The notes beneath the pieces were generated by a model. That model was not told where the DNA came from, searched no databases, and saw nothing but the letters and a program-made list of their open reading frames with translations. Below, piece by piece: positions 24,995 to 38,098 of a DNA stretch of 64,000 bases (positions are counted from its first letter, which is position 1; each line of letters opens with the position of its first letter). The stretch lies in contig NC_042999.1 in NCBI RefSeq assembly GCF_006345805.1, positions 102,796,001-102,860,000 of the forward strand, in the 5' to 3' direction. The translations under genes were made by a program, and so were the position numbers. Source of the DNA: Octopus sinensis. Its lineage: Eukaryota.

Positions 24995-25439
24995 TGCTAC
25001 AACATATAAGTCTAGACATGCTTCCAGTGGACAAGTTCTAATTACTTCTACACGAATGAAGTTGACGTATTATTTTCTCACTTTTAAGTTCTGATGTCAA
25101 ATTTTATTCTTGGGTACATAATTTGTTATTATTATTATTTGATTATAGCACCTGTTGAACTGATTAATGCATATATTTACGAATCAAAGTTTCAAATCTC
25201 TGGGTCATTTATCAAACAAGATATAAACATTCTCTAGTTTGTCGTTTTATTTGTGTAACCTTTTTTTGTTTTGGTTTCTCATGTTGAATATTAAGTATTA
25301 ATATGGCGGTCGGTGGACTGGTCGAATCACGAACGTATTGGACAAATTAATTTATATTATTTAAATACGCAATTCAAATTTCTCCAGATTTCGAATCAGT
25401 CTTACATCCTTTTGGTGTCTATAAAAATTCTACAATCTT

Positions 25440-26010
25440 TTCCTCTGTGTCTAGATGAGCAAATCCTTTTTAAATGATATGTTTCTCTTACAGGCTTCAT
25501 TGTGGAGGGGTATATTGGTGTCGTAGTCCTTATGCTTATTTTCTACTGTTTTTAATTGGTTTGAGCCATCCTCTGAAGAGGGAGCTGGTTTCTAACAAAT
25601 CTACAAAGCTACATCATTGGAATCTAGATAACAAAAGTATATTAGCATTTTAAACTTGAGAGATGTTTTGTATATTTTTACAGTTCTCCTTACAAATTGC
25701 ATTTGTAACGTACGAGCCTGTTGGTTGATTTCTTTTTCTAAAATCTTGGCCTATCTAGATTGACATTTAGGATATACTCACAAAACCAAGTGTACCAAAT
25801 ATTTTGGTATAAATGTAAATTTATAATCTAGATAGAGAAGCTGGTGATTTCGGAGCAGTTGTCCCTGGTTATCATATTTCTCTCTGATTTTCAAAGAAAT
25901 ATACTTACTTTTTCTTGACTGTTCCAAACAACAATATCCGGCCTGTTATGTTTACACTTGACAGAAGCTTTGATGGAAATGTTCCAGCAGTGTTCTAAGT
26001 GTTGAGATTT
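25440..26010 (-). mobile_element. R4/Dong-like RLE LINE 3' fragment
   Basis: WNISIKASVKCKHNRPDIVVWN..LYLDYKFTFIP..TVKIYKT followed by a 3'UTR. Confidence 0.7.
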
Positions 26011-27660
26011 CTTTATGAATTCAATAACAGAGGGATTCTCTATATTTGTATGTATGTACGTATGTGTATATATATAACTGCTAGTGCGCTTTACTATATT
26101 GCTAAATCTTTAGGGAAAAAAACTTCTGAATATGTGATTTTAGAGAAAGGATAAGTGTTGAGAGCGTATTCTGCTAACCCAATTAGTAAGTGGTAGAAAA
26201 ATCATATAGTTCAGAATATGATTCTATAGAGTTGTCGCTGTGTGAATCTTTATGCTTAAACTATGCTCTTAAGTTAGATATTAGTTCCTTATTGCTGCTG
26301 AAATTTAAAGACTAAAACAGGAAGGAAAATAAACATCAGTACATTTATTTGAAATACTTTAATGGATAAGTAAATAAATCCTTTGGGAGTAACTGGACAC
26401 GTGAGAATCTGTAAATATTTGAATTAGATAAAGTGATAGTCTAAAATGTCTCGCTGCGTGATTATTTCGTTGGAAAATATTTGTTTTACACTTCATCCAC
26501 CAGAAGGAAGTAAAAAATTCTTAAATTTAAAACTTTAACATTGGTTATTTTTCTTTCTGCACAAAAAGGAAAAAAATACAAAACAAAAATTTATAAAAAT
26601 TGTGAGAGCTGTTATATGGTAAAAGTGTTTTACTGGAAGAGATTCCTGTAATGCATTTTGTTATTGAGACTTCACTGAAGACCCATTTTCATGTGTATCT
26701 AAGACAAATCAATTAAGGCATGGTTTAAGCTCAACACTACAAAATTATACAGTACCATTACTGCTTACAATAATCTGTTGTTATTGGGTCAGGTCATCCC
26801 TGAGCGAGGAGATATACCCTGAGCAATTAAACCTGCGATCAAAGGTACCCCAGCTGCGACCATCTCATCTTATTTTCAAGCACAATATATATATGTGAGA
26901 ATGCATTATCTAATCAATATTTTCTTCTTTTAAAGATAGCACCAAGGTGTGATTCGTAAGAGATTTGCCAGCTGTTTCTGTCTGATCCTAGAAGCTCCCC
27001 GACGGTTCGAATTGTACATTTTACCTATGAATGGTGGAACTAGATCATCGAAGTGCCACGATATATAACGATTATTGATATTCCAGTGATAGGAATGAAA
27101 TCGCCGATCTTTAGCATAGCTGTCTGTGGTTATAAAAATGCCAGATAATGCAAACATATGTATTATTTCTTAAACAAATATATTGACTCAAATACTAAAT
27201 ATCTCTAATTTATGCTTGACTATTCAGCATTTGCGATATATTTCCATGGCTGATTAGTTCTAGTGACATGAAAGAAAACAACATTTTTTTCAGCATGACA
27301 TAACTGAAACCCAAAACTGAGCTGTTGTGTATGTGTTGTCTCTATTTGGCGGAGCCTACCTTTACTCAACGTTGGTAGCTACTGAAGTAAACTTGATTTA
27401 GAAATAGCAGTTAAGTTCTTTCACATGGCATCTAAAAAGGTAAAACATTTAGGCATTATCTTTGGTATCTAAACAGATACGAAGGTTACTGATGGAACAC
27501 TCGTAATCATAGTCTGTTTTATCTGAGCTGTTTTGTGATCAAGCAGCAGCAGCAGAAATGACAATATTTAGTTAATGTGTGTTAATTTATTGACCATTTG
27601 ACTGGTGAATAAATGTTTAGTTAAAAGAAATTTAGGAAACTTTAGATGTATATATAAATA

Positions 27661-27730
27661 TTACTATAGCCTCGGGCCTACCAAAGCCATGTGAGTGGAT
27701 TTGATAGACGGAAACTGAAAGAAGCATGTC

Positions 27731-27790
<60 letters not shown>

Positions 27791-28015
27791 ATGTAGATAT
27801 ATATAGATGTATATCTTCGTGTATCTGTGTTTGTCCCTCCACCATCGCTTGAAAACTATTGTTGGTGTATTTATGTCTCCGTAACTTAGCAGTTCGGCAA
27901 AAGAGACCAATAGAATAAGTACTAGGCTTACAAAGAATAAGTCCTGGGGGCGATTTGATCGACTAAAGGCGGTGTTCCAGCATGGCCGCAGTCAAATGAC
28001 TGAAAGAAAAAAAAA
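27661..28015 (+). mobile_element. Second SINE family, 5'-truncated, with internal microsatellite
   Basis: ACTATAGCCTCGGGCC..GAAACTGAAAGAAGC..(TA)(TG)n..AAGGCGGTGTTCCAGCATGGCCGCAGTC. Confidence 0.8.
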
Positions 28016-28785
28016 AACAAGAATATATACAGGACTTGATAATATTTGCGACAAATCTAGGAATCGAAATTGCCGGTCGTAATGTCATAAATGATAAGTA
28101 TTGGCTAGTTTGCTTTTATGCAGAATCAGATAACGTACACGTTTGTCCATACTCGACAACATTTCAAAGCATACAGCCTCGCACTCACTAAAACATGACT
28201 ACAACTTACATGCACAAGAAATTCAATTTACTGGAATATATAACTTTCATGTCGCTGTAATCCAGGCTTTGTTCTGAACCACCAGATTTTGATCTTCCTT
28301 ACAAACGAACAATTAGCTTGCTTGTCAAAACAAGAAATGAATTTAGTAGCAACAGAATTGATATTTATACAAAGTAATAAACGATGCAGGATTCTTAAGT
28401 TGACGTTTATTGTGGCCAAAGGAAGAATCGAGTAATCTAAGTAGTATGTTATAATGCTCATGCATAAACTTTTATTTCAAGTATGTTCGGTAGCACCAGG
28501 AAAATATCGCGAAATTAAAAGCGTGTTGGTTATAATTTTTCGATCTATATTACTTTAAATATGTTAAATGTGTACATCATACAAATATATGACATGATGA
28601 TGTATTGCCATAAAATCCCACGTATAATATGCGACCTCATGTAAATATTTACGTCCATTTTTGGACTTAAATATTTTAAAAAGTTGTTATTATACCCTGC
28701 ATAACACATAATGGTGTACAACAACTACAAGGGGAGATAATCTAGCATGATTCTATTTATTGTTTGATATTTCATTTTGTATATA

Positions 28786-28980
28786 AGGACAGCAAGCTGG
28801 CAGAATCAGCTAACCATTTTGTGTGCCGCACAAAATGGTTAGCGGTATTTTTCTGGCCCTTTGTGTTCTGCGTTCAAATACCGACGAAGCCGAGTTTGCC
28901 TTTCATCCTTTCGCGGGTGATAACATAAGTATCTGTTGAGCACTAGGATCAATGTAATCGACTTCACCTTCCTCTCAATA
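28786..28980 (+). mobile_element. tRNA-derived SINE, degraded
   Basis: GCTGGCAGAATC..GTTCAAATACC..TTGCCTTTCATCCTTTCG..TGTAATCGACTT. Confidence 0.75.
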
Positions 28981-29124
28981 TTACAGGTCTTATGTAAAAG
29001 TAATAAAGAAATATTTCTTTTTATATAAAGTAAACTGATATGTAATGAAAAATTAATGTAAAAAAAGTAATAAAGCTTAATCAAATCGTGTTTATACACA
29101 CACACACATACACACACACACACA

Positions 29125-31660
29125 TATGTTGATTGTCTACTCCTTATGCAGAGTCTGACCACCTCCTGTACCACCACCTTAGATCCATCATGGCTTTTTA
29201 AACCAGACAATGTATTAAAAAGACACCCATATAGATTGCATATCCGATTTGGACCACCAAGAGCTGTAGTTAAGTTCTAATCTTTGTGGATCTTAAAATA
29301 TCTTTTGAGGTCTCCGTTGGATTTGTAGACCTTATAACATATATGGCAATAAAAGGTGTTCACAGACATATAGGCAGAATAGTTGGTGGAGGTTCGTTTT
29401 TCATGGGTCCGCAAATGAGATTTGAGCCCAGCAAAAGAAAGGCATGGTCTGTCACAAACTGTTCACACAAAAAGGTCATTGTGATTCACCTTCTCGATCG
29501 TAACATTCTTCTTTAAATCTCTCTTGAGTCTTGCATGCATTATCCTGGCCTCATCAAACGCTCTCACTCCACTCCACACTTTTGTTCGCCAACCAACCGG
29601 ATCCAAAGCAAGGGTTTCTATGTCCTCTGGATCCGTTCCAAGTGACTTCATGTGTGCGTTCATCCACCATTCGAACAATATGGACTGACCATCTCATTTG
29701 ATTTTACATAATCATTGCTTTAATCGAAGTGATTCCTGCAGACACAAGGACATTTGTGTTTTGAGTAAAAGAACTACATTTAATGTTTAAAATGCGATGA
29801 AGGCATTTTTGGTGGAACTGTTCTAACAATTTGAAATGTCTTTTATAGCATGTCCATGTTTCAGAAGAATACAACAGGGATGGTATGACAAACGATTTGT
29901 AAAGAGCCAATTCTGTGTTACCATTTATATGTCGTTGGCGCCAAACGCGTGACTCCAAACCATCGAATGCTTGTACTGCCCTTTGAATTCGCAGATGTAT
30001 TTCTGTGTCCAGATTTCCATAATTTTGTACAGAGGTCCCAAGGTAGATGAAAGAACTTACCCGTAACAAAAATTTTACGGGGGTTACAAATAGCACCACA
30101 TGCAGGTTGATACATATGACTGTTTTTTTCAAGTTGATGGTCAAGCCAAAATTATCACAAGCTGAGTGAAATGCAGATACAAGAGATTGCAGACCTGTTT
30201 CAGAATGACTGACTAGATCTCAATCGTCAGCGTATAAGAGTTTCTTAATGAGTGAAGTAAAAATAATCTTCGTTTTGAACTTCAGTCTTGGCAGATTAAA
30301 AACATTCCCTGTTGTTCGATATTTTATGTAAATACCCTCCTCAGAGTTTTGAAAAGCGTGTGACAGCACATCAGCAAAATATATTGCAAAGAGGGTGGGT
30401 GCATCAAGGTCTCTTTGCATTACTCCATTTCAGAGACCCTACTTCCAAAATTAGCTCTAGCTTTCATATCTCAATGCAAAGCCCTGATCATGTTTACAAA
30501 TTTTTCTGGGCTCCCTATTTTCCTTAGAATTAGCCACAGAGCATCTCGATTAACAGTATCAAATGCTTTGCTCAAATTAACAAGGCAATGGTATAGGGCA
30601 AGATTCTGTTCAATGCACTTTTCCTCCAGTTGTCTTATAGTAAAGATACAATCAACTGTGCCCCTGGAGGAGTGAAAACCATATTGAGATTCAGACACCA
30701 CATTTGGAACTATGAGGGTATTTAAACTTTCTAACAGAATGTGTGTAAGTACCTTTCCAAGCACTGACAAAAGTGAAATCCCACGACAATTATCACATAG
30801 ATACTTTAGCCACGATTTATACAAGTAGACTAAAATGGCATCAATCCAGTCTTAAGGCACTTTCTCAGTTCTCCAACAGTGACAAATTAATATATTTAAG
30901 AGTTTAAACATTTTGTCCCCTCCATATTTCAAGATCTCTGCACAGATTCCATCAGACACTGGCCACTTATTGCTATCCAGCTTATTCACAGCTAAATAAA
31001 TGTCATTTAGAGTTGGTTCAAATGCCATCTCCTATATAACTGGGAGGTGTTCAAGTTTTTCTATCATCCTCATGTCAGCGGATGATGGTCTATTCAAAAA
31101 TGCGGAAAAATGTTCTACCCAGCGCTTATGAATAGAAGCGGTGCCAGTTAGAAGCAAATGTCCATTTGCTGTTCTCACTGGAGCTATTGAAGAAAAGTTT
31201 GGGCCATATACCTCCTTAACATAAGAGTACAAACCTTGGCATCATTTCAATTAGCTGCTTCTTGTGCCCCTTTTGTTCTACCATTCCACCATTCCTGTTT
31301 AATTTTTCTTAGAGCAGTTTGTACTTTCCTTTTCAGCTTTCTATAAGCTTCGTTTGAGTTGGGATTCAAGGACTGAGAAAGAGGTGTATTGCCTAAGTTT
31401 TGTTTTTCTAAAAGAAGATCATGAAATTCAGTTGATTTGTCTGAAAACCAGTCACTGGACTTACGCGATTTAAATCCCACTGACGAACTTGCAGCCTGAA
31501 ATACTTTTGTTTTGAAATCTTCCCATAGATTGTTTTTGTCAAGATTGATACTTTCTACAGCATCGCAGAATCTTTGCAAGTTGCTTGGCAATTTGAAGTT
31601 TGCAACATTTAACTTTTTGGGTACCCTAGGACCAGACTGTCGACTTTTAGGTACTGTTGG
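29125..31660 (-). mobile_element. RTE-clade LINE, degraded, endonuclease missing
   Basis: CRGISLLSVLGK, SQYGFHSSRGTVDCIF, NLSKAFDTVNR, LYADD, YLGT, LLYSSETW, and C-terminal C2H2 motifs (CDRPCLSFAGLKSHLR; CHICYKVYKSNGDLKRYFKIH). Confidence 0.92.
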
Positions 31661-31664
31661 TTTG

Positions 31665-32112
31665 TTTGCAAATACTGATAGGGCACAGAAAGTATGTCAA
31701 TAGCCAGCTGGTGGAGGTGTCCCCCTAGGTCTACAAGCTACAGTAGCATCCACCCTAAGGGGTTAGCCACATTTAAGTGGCAAATGAACTTCACGATGTG
31801 TTGCAGCTACTGTTTATACCTCGCTCAGAGATTTATTATTGCTTGTTTACGATTTTTTTATACCAATGACTATTTGCAAAGGGAGGCCTACTTTTCGTCG
31901 ACAACTCGTGATTATCACACACTGATGACGGGTCAATACCCAGAAACTCGAGTCCGTGTGTATCATAGGTTGAAGACGGGAAGGATGGCCTCCCTTTGCA
32001 AATACTGATAGGGCACAGAAAGTGTGTCAATAGCCAGCTGGGGAAGGTGGGTGTCCTCCTGGGGCTACAAGCTACAGTAGCATCCACCCTTAGGGGTTAG
32101 CCACATTCAAGT

Positions 32113-32116
<4 letters not shown>
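31665..32116. repeat. Direct repeat pair of about 120 bp (31665-31782, 31995-32116)
   Basis: TTTGCAAATACTGATAGGGCACAGAAAG..CCACATT(T/C)AAGTGGCA occurs twice, period 330 bp. Confidence 0.9.
31916..31960 (+). ncRNA. Minimal type I hammerhead ribozyme motif, core intact
   Basis: CACACA CUGAUGA CGGG-UCAAUA-CCCA GAAA CUCGA GUC/ CGUGUG, with palindromic stem III ACUCGAGU. Confidence 0.7.
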
Positions 32117-32165
<49 letters not shown>

Positions 32166-32241
32166 TATATAGAAGGAGCTTCTACAGGACTAGTACTGTT
32201 TTCATTCAAGAGAAATCTTCAGGAAGCTATTTAACAAGAAT

Positions 32242-32448
32242 TGACAAAAGTGAAATCCCACGACAATTATCACATAGATACTTTAGCCACGATTTATACA
32301 AGTAGACTAAAATGGCATCAATCCAGTCTTAAGGCACTTTCTCAGTTCTCCAACAGTGACAAATTAATATATTTAAGAGTTTAAACATTTTGTCCCCTCC
32401 ATATTTCAAGATCTCTGCACAGATTCCATCAGACACTGGCCACTTATT
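32242..32448. repeat. 207-bp exact copy of 30765-30971
   Basis: Read base by base with no difference seen. Confidence 0.92.
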
Positions 32449-32729
32449 ATCCCCTTCAAGACCAAGTGGAAACTACTACAGAAGGCGCGCTCGTACACAG
32501 GAGGACATACCTGCTGTGACCTATGCATATCAGAGAGCCTAGAGATCTTGTTCGCCAAAGGCCCTCTCCTTAACAAATTTTCAGAACACCCCAAATTGCA
32601 TGCATAAGAAGTATGCGAACTATAAGAACTATAGACCTACCCGCAACCTGATTGATGACAACCCCCCCCCCTACAACCCCCCCTACCCCTGTTCCCCTAG
32701 CACCCCCGATTACCTTTTCTCCTAAGACC

Positions 32730-33638
32730 TTTCACATATTGTATGTGCACGCTTGTATATGTGTATCGTATGTATGTATATATGTATAGAAATGCATGGG
32801 TACAGTAGGAATATACGCATGTATTATGTGTTGTGTGTGTATGTATGCATGTAAAAAAATATATATATGTATATATGTTTGCATATATGAATATATATAT
32901 ATATATATATAATATGTATGTGCTTGTATGTGTGTGTGTGTGTGTATATATGTATATGTGTTTGTGTATATGTGTATATACGTGTAAATGTATGTGTTTT
33001 TTGTATGTGTATGTATGTATAAAATATTATATAATTAGGGCTTAGTAAAATAAAATAAATTACTTTGCCACATACTAAACTTTCTAGAAATAGCAGCCAA
33101 TAAAGGTTTTTAGCCTCTTCCACTACTTAGAGAATTTTTTTCCCTCTAACATTGTTTACTCAAAATAATAATGGTCCCTTTACATACTGATTCTTGTGAA
33201 TTTGATTAATAATAATAATAATTACTTCACCCTCCCTTGTTGATATATATATATATGTATATGTGTACATGTATGTATATATATGTGTGTGTGTGTATGT
33301 GTGTATGTATGTATTTGTACATGTGTGTGTGTATATGTATGTGCGCGCGTGTGTGTGTATGTATGTGTATGTATATTTGTATATGTATGTGCATGTGTAT
33401 GTATGTGTGTATATATATGTATATGTATGTATATATATGTATATATATATATATATGTATATATATGTGTATGTATATGTATGTATATATGTGTGTGTAT
33501 ATGTGTATTATGTATGTATTTATATAGATATGTAGTTTATATATATATATATGTATGTATATGCATCTGTCTGTGTGTGTGTATGTGTATATATGTGTAT
33601 CATTATTGCGTATGTATACATGTATATGTGTATATGTA

Positions 33639-33677
<39 letters not shown>

Positions 33678-33890
33678 GTATATATGTGGGGGTATATGTA
33701 TGTGTATATGTATATATATATATATATGTATGTATTATATGTGTATGTGTATATATATATTATGTATGTGTGTATTGTATATATTTATGTATATGTATGT
33801 GTGTGTGTACATGTATATATATGTGTGTGTGTTATATATTATATGTTTATATGTGAGTATGTAGAGATATAAGTATATGCATGTGTATAC

Positions 33891-33922
<32 letters not shown>

Positions 33923-34017
33923 GTATGGGTATGTGTATCCGTGTATATATGTATGTGTGTGTGTATGTATATGTATGTATGTGTGTATATATGTATGTGT
34001 ATATGTGTATATATGTG

Positions 34018-34048
<31 letters not shown>

Positions 34049-34149
34049 GTATGTGTATGTGTGTGTAGGTGTGCATGTATGTGTATGTGTATATGTGTAT
34101 ATATATGTTTGTGTATATATATGTATATGTATATATGTGTATATATGTA

Positions 34150-34193
<44 letters not shown>

Positions 34194-34692
34194 GAGTGCG
34201 CGTGTGTGTATGTATGCATATATGTATGTATGCATGTATATGTGTATGTATGTATATATGTGTGTAAGTGTGTGCATATATGTATATGTAAGTATGTGCG
34301 CGTGTATGAGTATGTATGTATGCTTGCACACGTGTATATATGTGTGTGGTGTTATATATATGGATGCGCGTGCGTGCGTGCACGTGTAGGGTACGCATGT
34401 GTATATGTGTATGTGCGTGTATGTGTATGTATGCATATATGTATGTATGCATGTATATGTGTATGTATATATGTGTGTAAGTGTGTGCATATATGTATAT
34501 GTAAGTATGTGTGCGTGTATGAGTATGTATGTATGCTTGCACACGTGTATATATGTGTGTGTGTGTGTATATATATGGATGCATGTGCGTGTGTGCCGTG
34601 TATGGGTACGCATGTATATGTGTATGTGCGTGTATGCGTATACGTGTATGTATGTAGGTGTGGGCGTATATTTGTATATGTATGTGTGAGTG

Positions 34693-34735
<43 letters not shown>

Positions 34736-34953
34736 TGGGGGTGTATGTATGCGTATAAATGCATGTAAGTATGGATGTATGGATGTATGTATGTATGTTT
34801 ACGTATGTATGTGTTTGTGTGTATATGTATGTAGGTGTGTGTATGTATGTGTGTATATATGTATATATATATATATGTGTGGTATGTATGTTTGTGTATG
34901 TATATATATGTGTATGTATGTGTGTGTATATATATGTGTGTGTGTGTATGTAG

Positions 34954-34993
<40 letters not shown>

Positions 34994-35476
34994 ATATATT
35001 ATATATATATATGTATGTGTGTGTATATGTTATTATATGATGGTATGTATCTGTATGTAGGAGTATATATATGTGTGTGTGTGTGTGTATGTGGTATATG
35101 TGTTATATATATATATTATGTATATTATATATATATTATATATATATGTATATTTATTGGTGTATATATATAGACTAGCCTCCTAAAGTGTAGACATGAA
35201 TCTGTAGGTACGAGTACGTATGTGTATATACGTGAACGTATGTAGATGTTTGTATGTATGAATATAACGCGTGCGTACGTGGTATGTGTATGAGTGTATG
35301 AATGGGTGTATGTACGTGCTAATGAGTGTGCGTGCGGGAACGAGTACTTGCCTTCTAGTAGACAGACAATTGGACCTGCTGCCATCGCCAGGATCCTTAG
35401 CCCTAGCGATCAAAGATAACAAAAGTAATAAATGAAGATAATAAAATTAAAATTAGGGAATGGGCCTGTATTTGAT

Positions 35477-35537
<61 letters not shown>

Positions 35538-35720
35538 TGTGTAGGTATGTATAGGCCCACATGTGTACGTATGTGTGTGTGTATGTATATGTGTTTAGGT
35601 ATGTATGTGCCAACATTTTATTTTTATTTTTTTTTTTTTTTTATTTTTTTTTATTTTTATTTTTTATTTTTTTTTTTATTTTTATTTTTTATTTATCTAT
35701 TCTTTCATCTAACTTACCAC
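32730..35720. repeat. About 3 kb compound (TA/TG/CA)n low-complexity tract
   Basis: Directly visible; includes an internal duplication at about 34255-34345 and 34467-34560. Confidence 0.95.
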
Positions 35721-36519
35721 TGACTCCTTGACCACTCCCCAAGTATGATATTTTGCGCTATGCCTACCCCGGAAAAAGTCCCCACCACCACTCCTTTAAA
35801 CCTGCCTAAATGTATAAATGCTAATACAATTCTTGTTAAATAGCTTCCGAAGATTTCTCTTGAATGAAACAGTAACTAGTCCTGTAAGAAGCTCTTCTAT
35901 ATAATAAATTAATTTTACTCTGCTATGTATTGAGTACCTACTTACTGTGGTTAACCCCGGATCAACCCGGGACCTACATAGATATATATATATATATATG
36001 CGTTTATCAATTCGTGATGTGAAATCGTGAGTTGAAACAGATATTGTAGTACTTCGGGATGGTCATTTTATTATTATTTTTTTGCCAAATAAATACACGC
36101 ACTATATTTTTTCTCCACTCGTTTATTACTGTTATTTTATTATTTTCACGCCTGTCCGTTGTCCGGAAATCTTTCGTCACACATATGTGATCTCTTCTGC
36201 GACAAAGTGGCTGCTGTCAAAACATTGGAACAAATAAAAGAATATGTATGTATGTGTGTGTATGTGTGTATGTATGTGTATGAGTGTGTGCGTGTGTACG
36301 ATTGTTTGAGAAAAACATTTATAATCTAATGCTATGTATTATGCAGACCTCTAATTATCTTGATTTTGGTGAAAAAAGTGGCTACTCAGCGTACATGGTC
36401 GTTCATATTTCTCGAATCGAAGCCTATTGTTTGAAACAAAGAACAAGACATTGTTTAACAGAGTTCTTGCTCGCCACTATAAGAAGAGATGATCATGACA
36501 GGAATGGCTTTGATCATAA

Positions 36520-37100
36520 TAGTTTCAAATTTTGCCACAAGGGCAGCAATTTATTGGGGATGGGATGAGTCGATTACATCGACCCCAGTGTTCGATTGGT
36601 ATTTATTTTATCAACCCCAAAAAGATGAAAGGTAAAGTCGACTTCGGCGGAATTAGAACTCAGAATATAACGACGAGCGAAATACCTATTTCTTTACTAC
36701 CCACAAGGGGCTAAACACAGAGGGGACAAATAAGGACAGACAAACGGATTAAGTCAATTATATCGACTCCAGTGCGTAACTGGTACTTATTTAATCGACC
36801 CCGAAAGGATGAAAGGCAAAGTCGACCTCGGCGGAATTTGAACTCAGAACGTAGCGACAGACGAAATACCTATTTTTTTACTACCCACAAGGGGCTAAAC
36901 ACAGAGAGGACAAACAAGGACAGACAAACGGATTAAGTCGATCATATCGACTCCAGTGCGTAACTGGTACTTATTTAATCGACCCCGATAGGATGAAAGG
37001 TAACATCAACTTCGGCGGAATTTGAACTCAGGACATAGCGACGAGCGAAATAACGTTAAGCATTTCGTTCAGCGCGCTAACGATTCTGCCAGCTCACCGC
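36520..37100 (-). mobile_element. Nested tandem of three SINEs (tails A, A, B)
   Basis: One head at about 37100, then bodies joined at AAATA|GGTATTTC twice; last tail is GCTGCCCTTGTGGCAAAATTTGAAAC. Confidence 0.88.
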
Positions 37101-37281
37101 TTTATTAATAATAATAATGATGATGACGACGAGAAAAATGTACTTCTAAGGGTGGTCGAAATTTAGCTTGTCCTCGGTGCTGAGAAATCTGATGTTGATC
37201 ATCCAAACCATTATTAGTTTTAATGAAAGTAAAACAAGGCGTATAGCATTGTTATTAGTTTTCGATCAAGATAAATAACCT

Positions 37282-37315
<34 letters not shown>

Positions 37316-37688
37316 GGGGGGAAGGAGAGAGAAAGAATTAAAAAGATAGATAGATAGATAAAGAAAGGCTGGGGAAAGAAAACAAAATATACAACTAAAC
37401 AAAAGAAAACACAACTTCCGTGTCCACTTCGACATGAAAACATCGACAAAAGATAAAAGACGGAAATATAAACAAATGCAAGGAAGAAGGACTAAATGAT
37501 CACCTCTATATATTAAACTTGAAAAGAATTACTACGAAATATTATATGCCACTTGTTGTAAAGACACCGACTCTTTGAACTACGAAAAGTAAACATGGCT
37601 ACCACTCAATCTTACTCTTGTATACGTGAGTATATGTATGTTTGCGTGCGTGCGTTTGGATATGGGTATACACACACACATATAGATA

Positions 37689-37735
<47 letters not shown>

Positions 37736-37800
37736 TATATATATTTACATAAATGTACATAAATGTACATATATGTACATATATGGCTACACGTAAGTGC

Positions 37801-37837
<37 letters not shown>

Positions 37838-37887
37838 TTAAAATAACTAAGTCTCTCTAAAAGAGAACCGGCCAGCGTTCCCGGAAA

Positions 37888-38003
37888 ATAATAGTTATCG
37901 CCATACTAATATGGCATTCTTATAAAAATAAGAAAAAAGCTAATAAGCGGACAGCTTTTTTCTTATTTTTATAAGAATGCCATATTAGTATGGCGATAAC
38001 TAT

Positions 38004-38006
<3 letters not shown>
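37888..38006. repeat. Perfect palindrome, 54-bp arms, 11-nt loop
   Basis: 37888-37941 is the exact reverse complement of 37953-38006; loop AATAAGCGGAC. Confidence 0.95.
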
Positions 38007-38034
<28 letters not shown>

Positions 38035-38045
38035 TATATATATAT

Positions 38046-38098
<53 letters not shown>

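Larger units (their letters stand above)
32161..35907 (+). mobile_element. Penelope-like remnant with inverted terminal tail and expanded internal microsatellite
   Basis: GIY-YIG C-terminus at 32449-32620 (IPFKTKWKLLQKARSYTGGHTCCDLCISESLEILFAKGPLLNK). 32161-32242 is the reverse complement of 35828-35907. Treating it as one element is inferred. Confidence 0.6.

Noticed and set aside
33237-35173. Many long ORFs (up to 389 aa) rich in Y/I/V/C/M/H/T
   Set aside because: They are translations of TA/TG/CA microsatellites. The same applies to ORFs near 21124, 24642, 45521-46222, 47941, 54516-55054, 57106, 59371 and 63736.
36520-37100. Regularly spaced repeats resembling a CRISPR array
   Set aside because: These are nested SINE copies, not short repeats with unique spacers, and there are no cas genes in this eukaryotic context.
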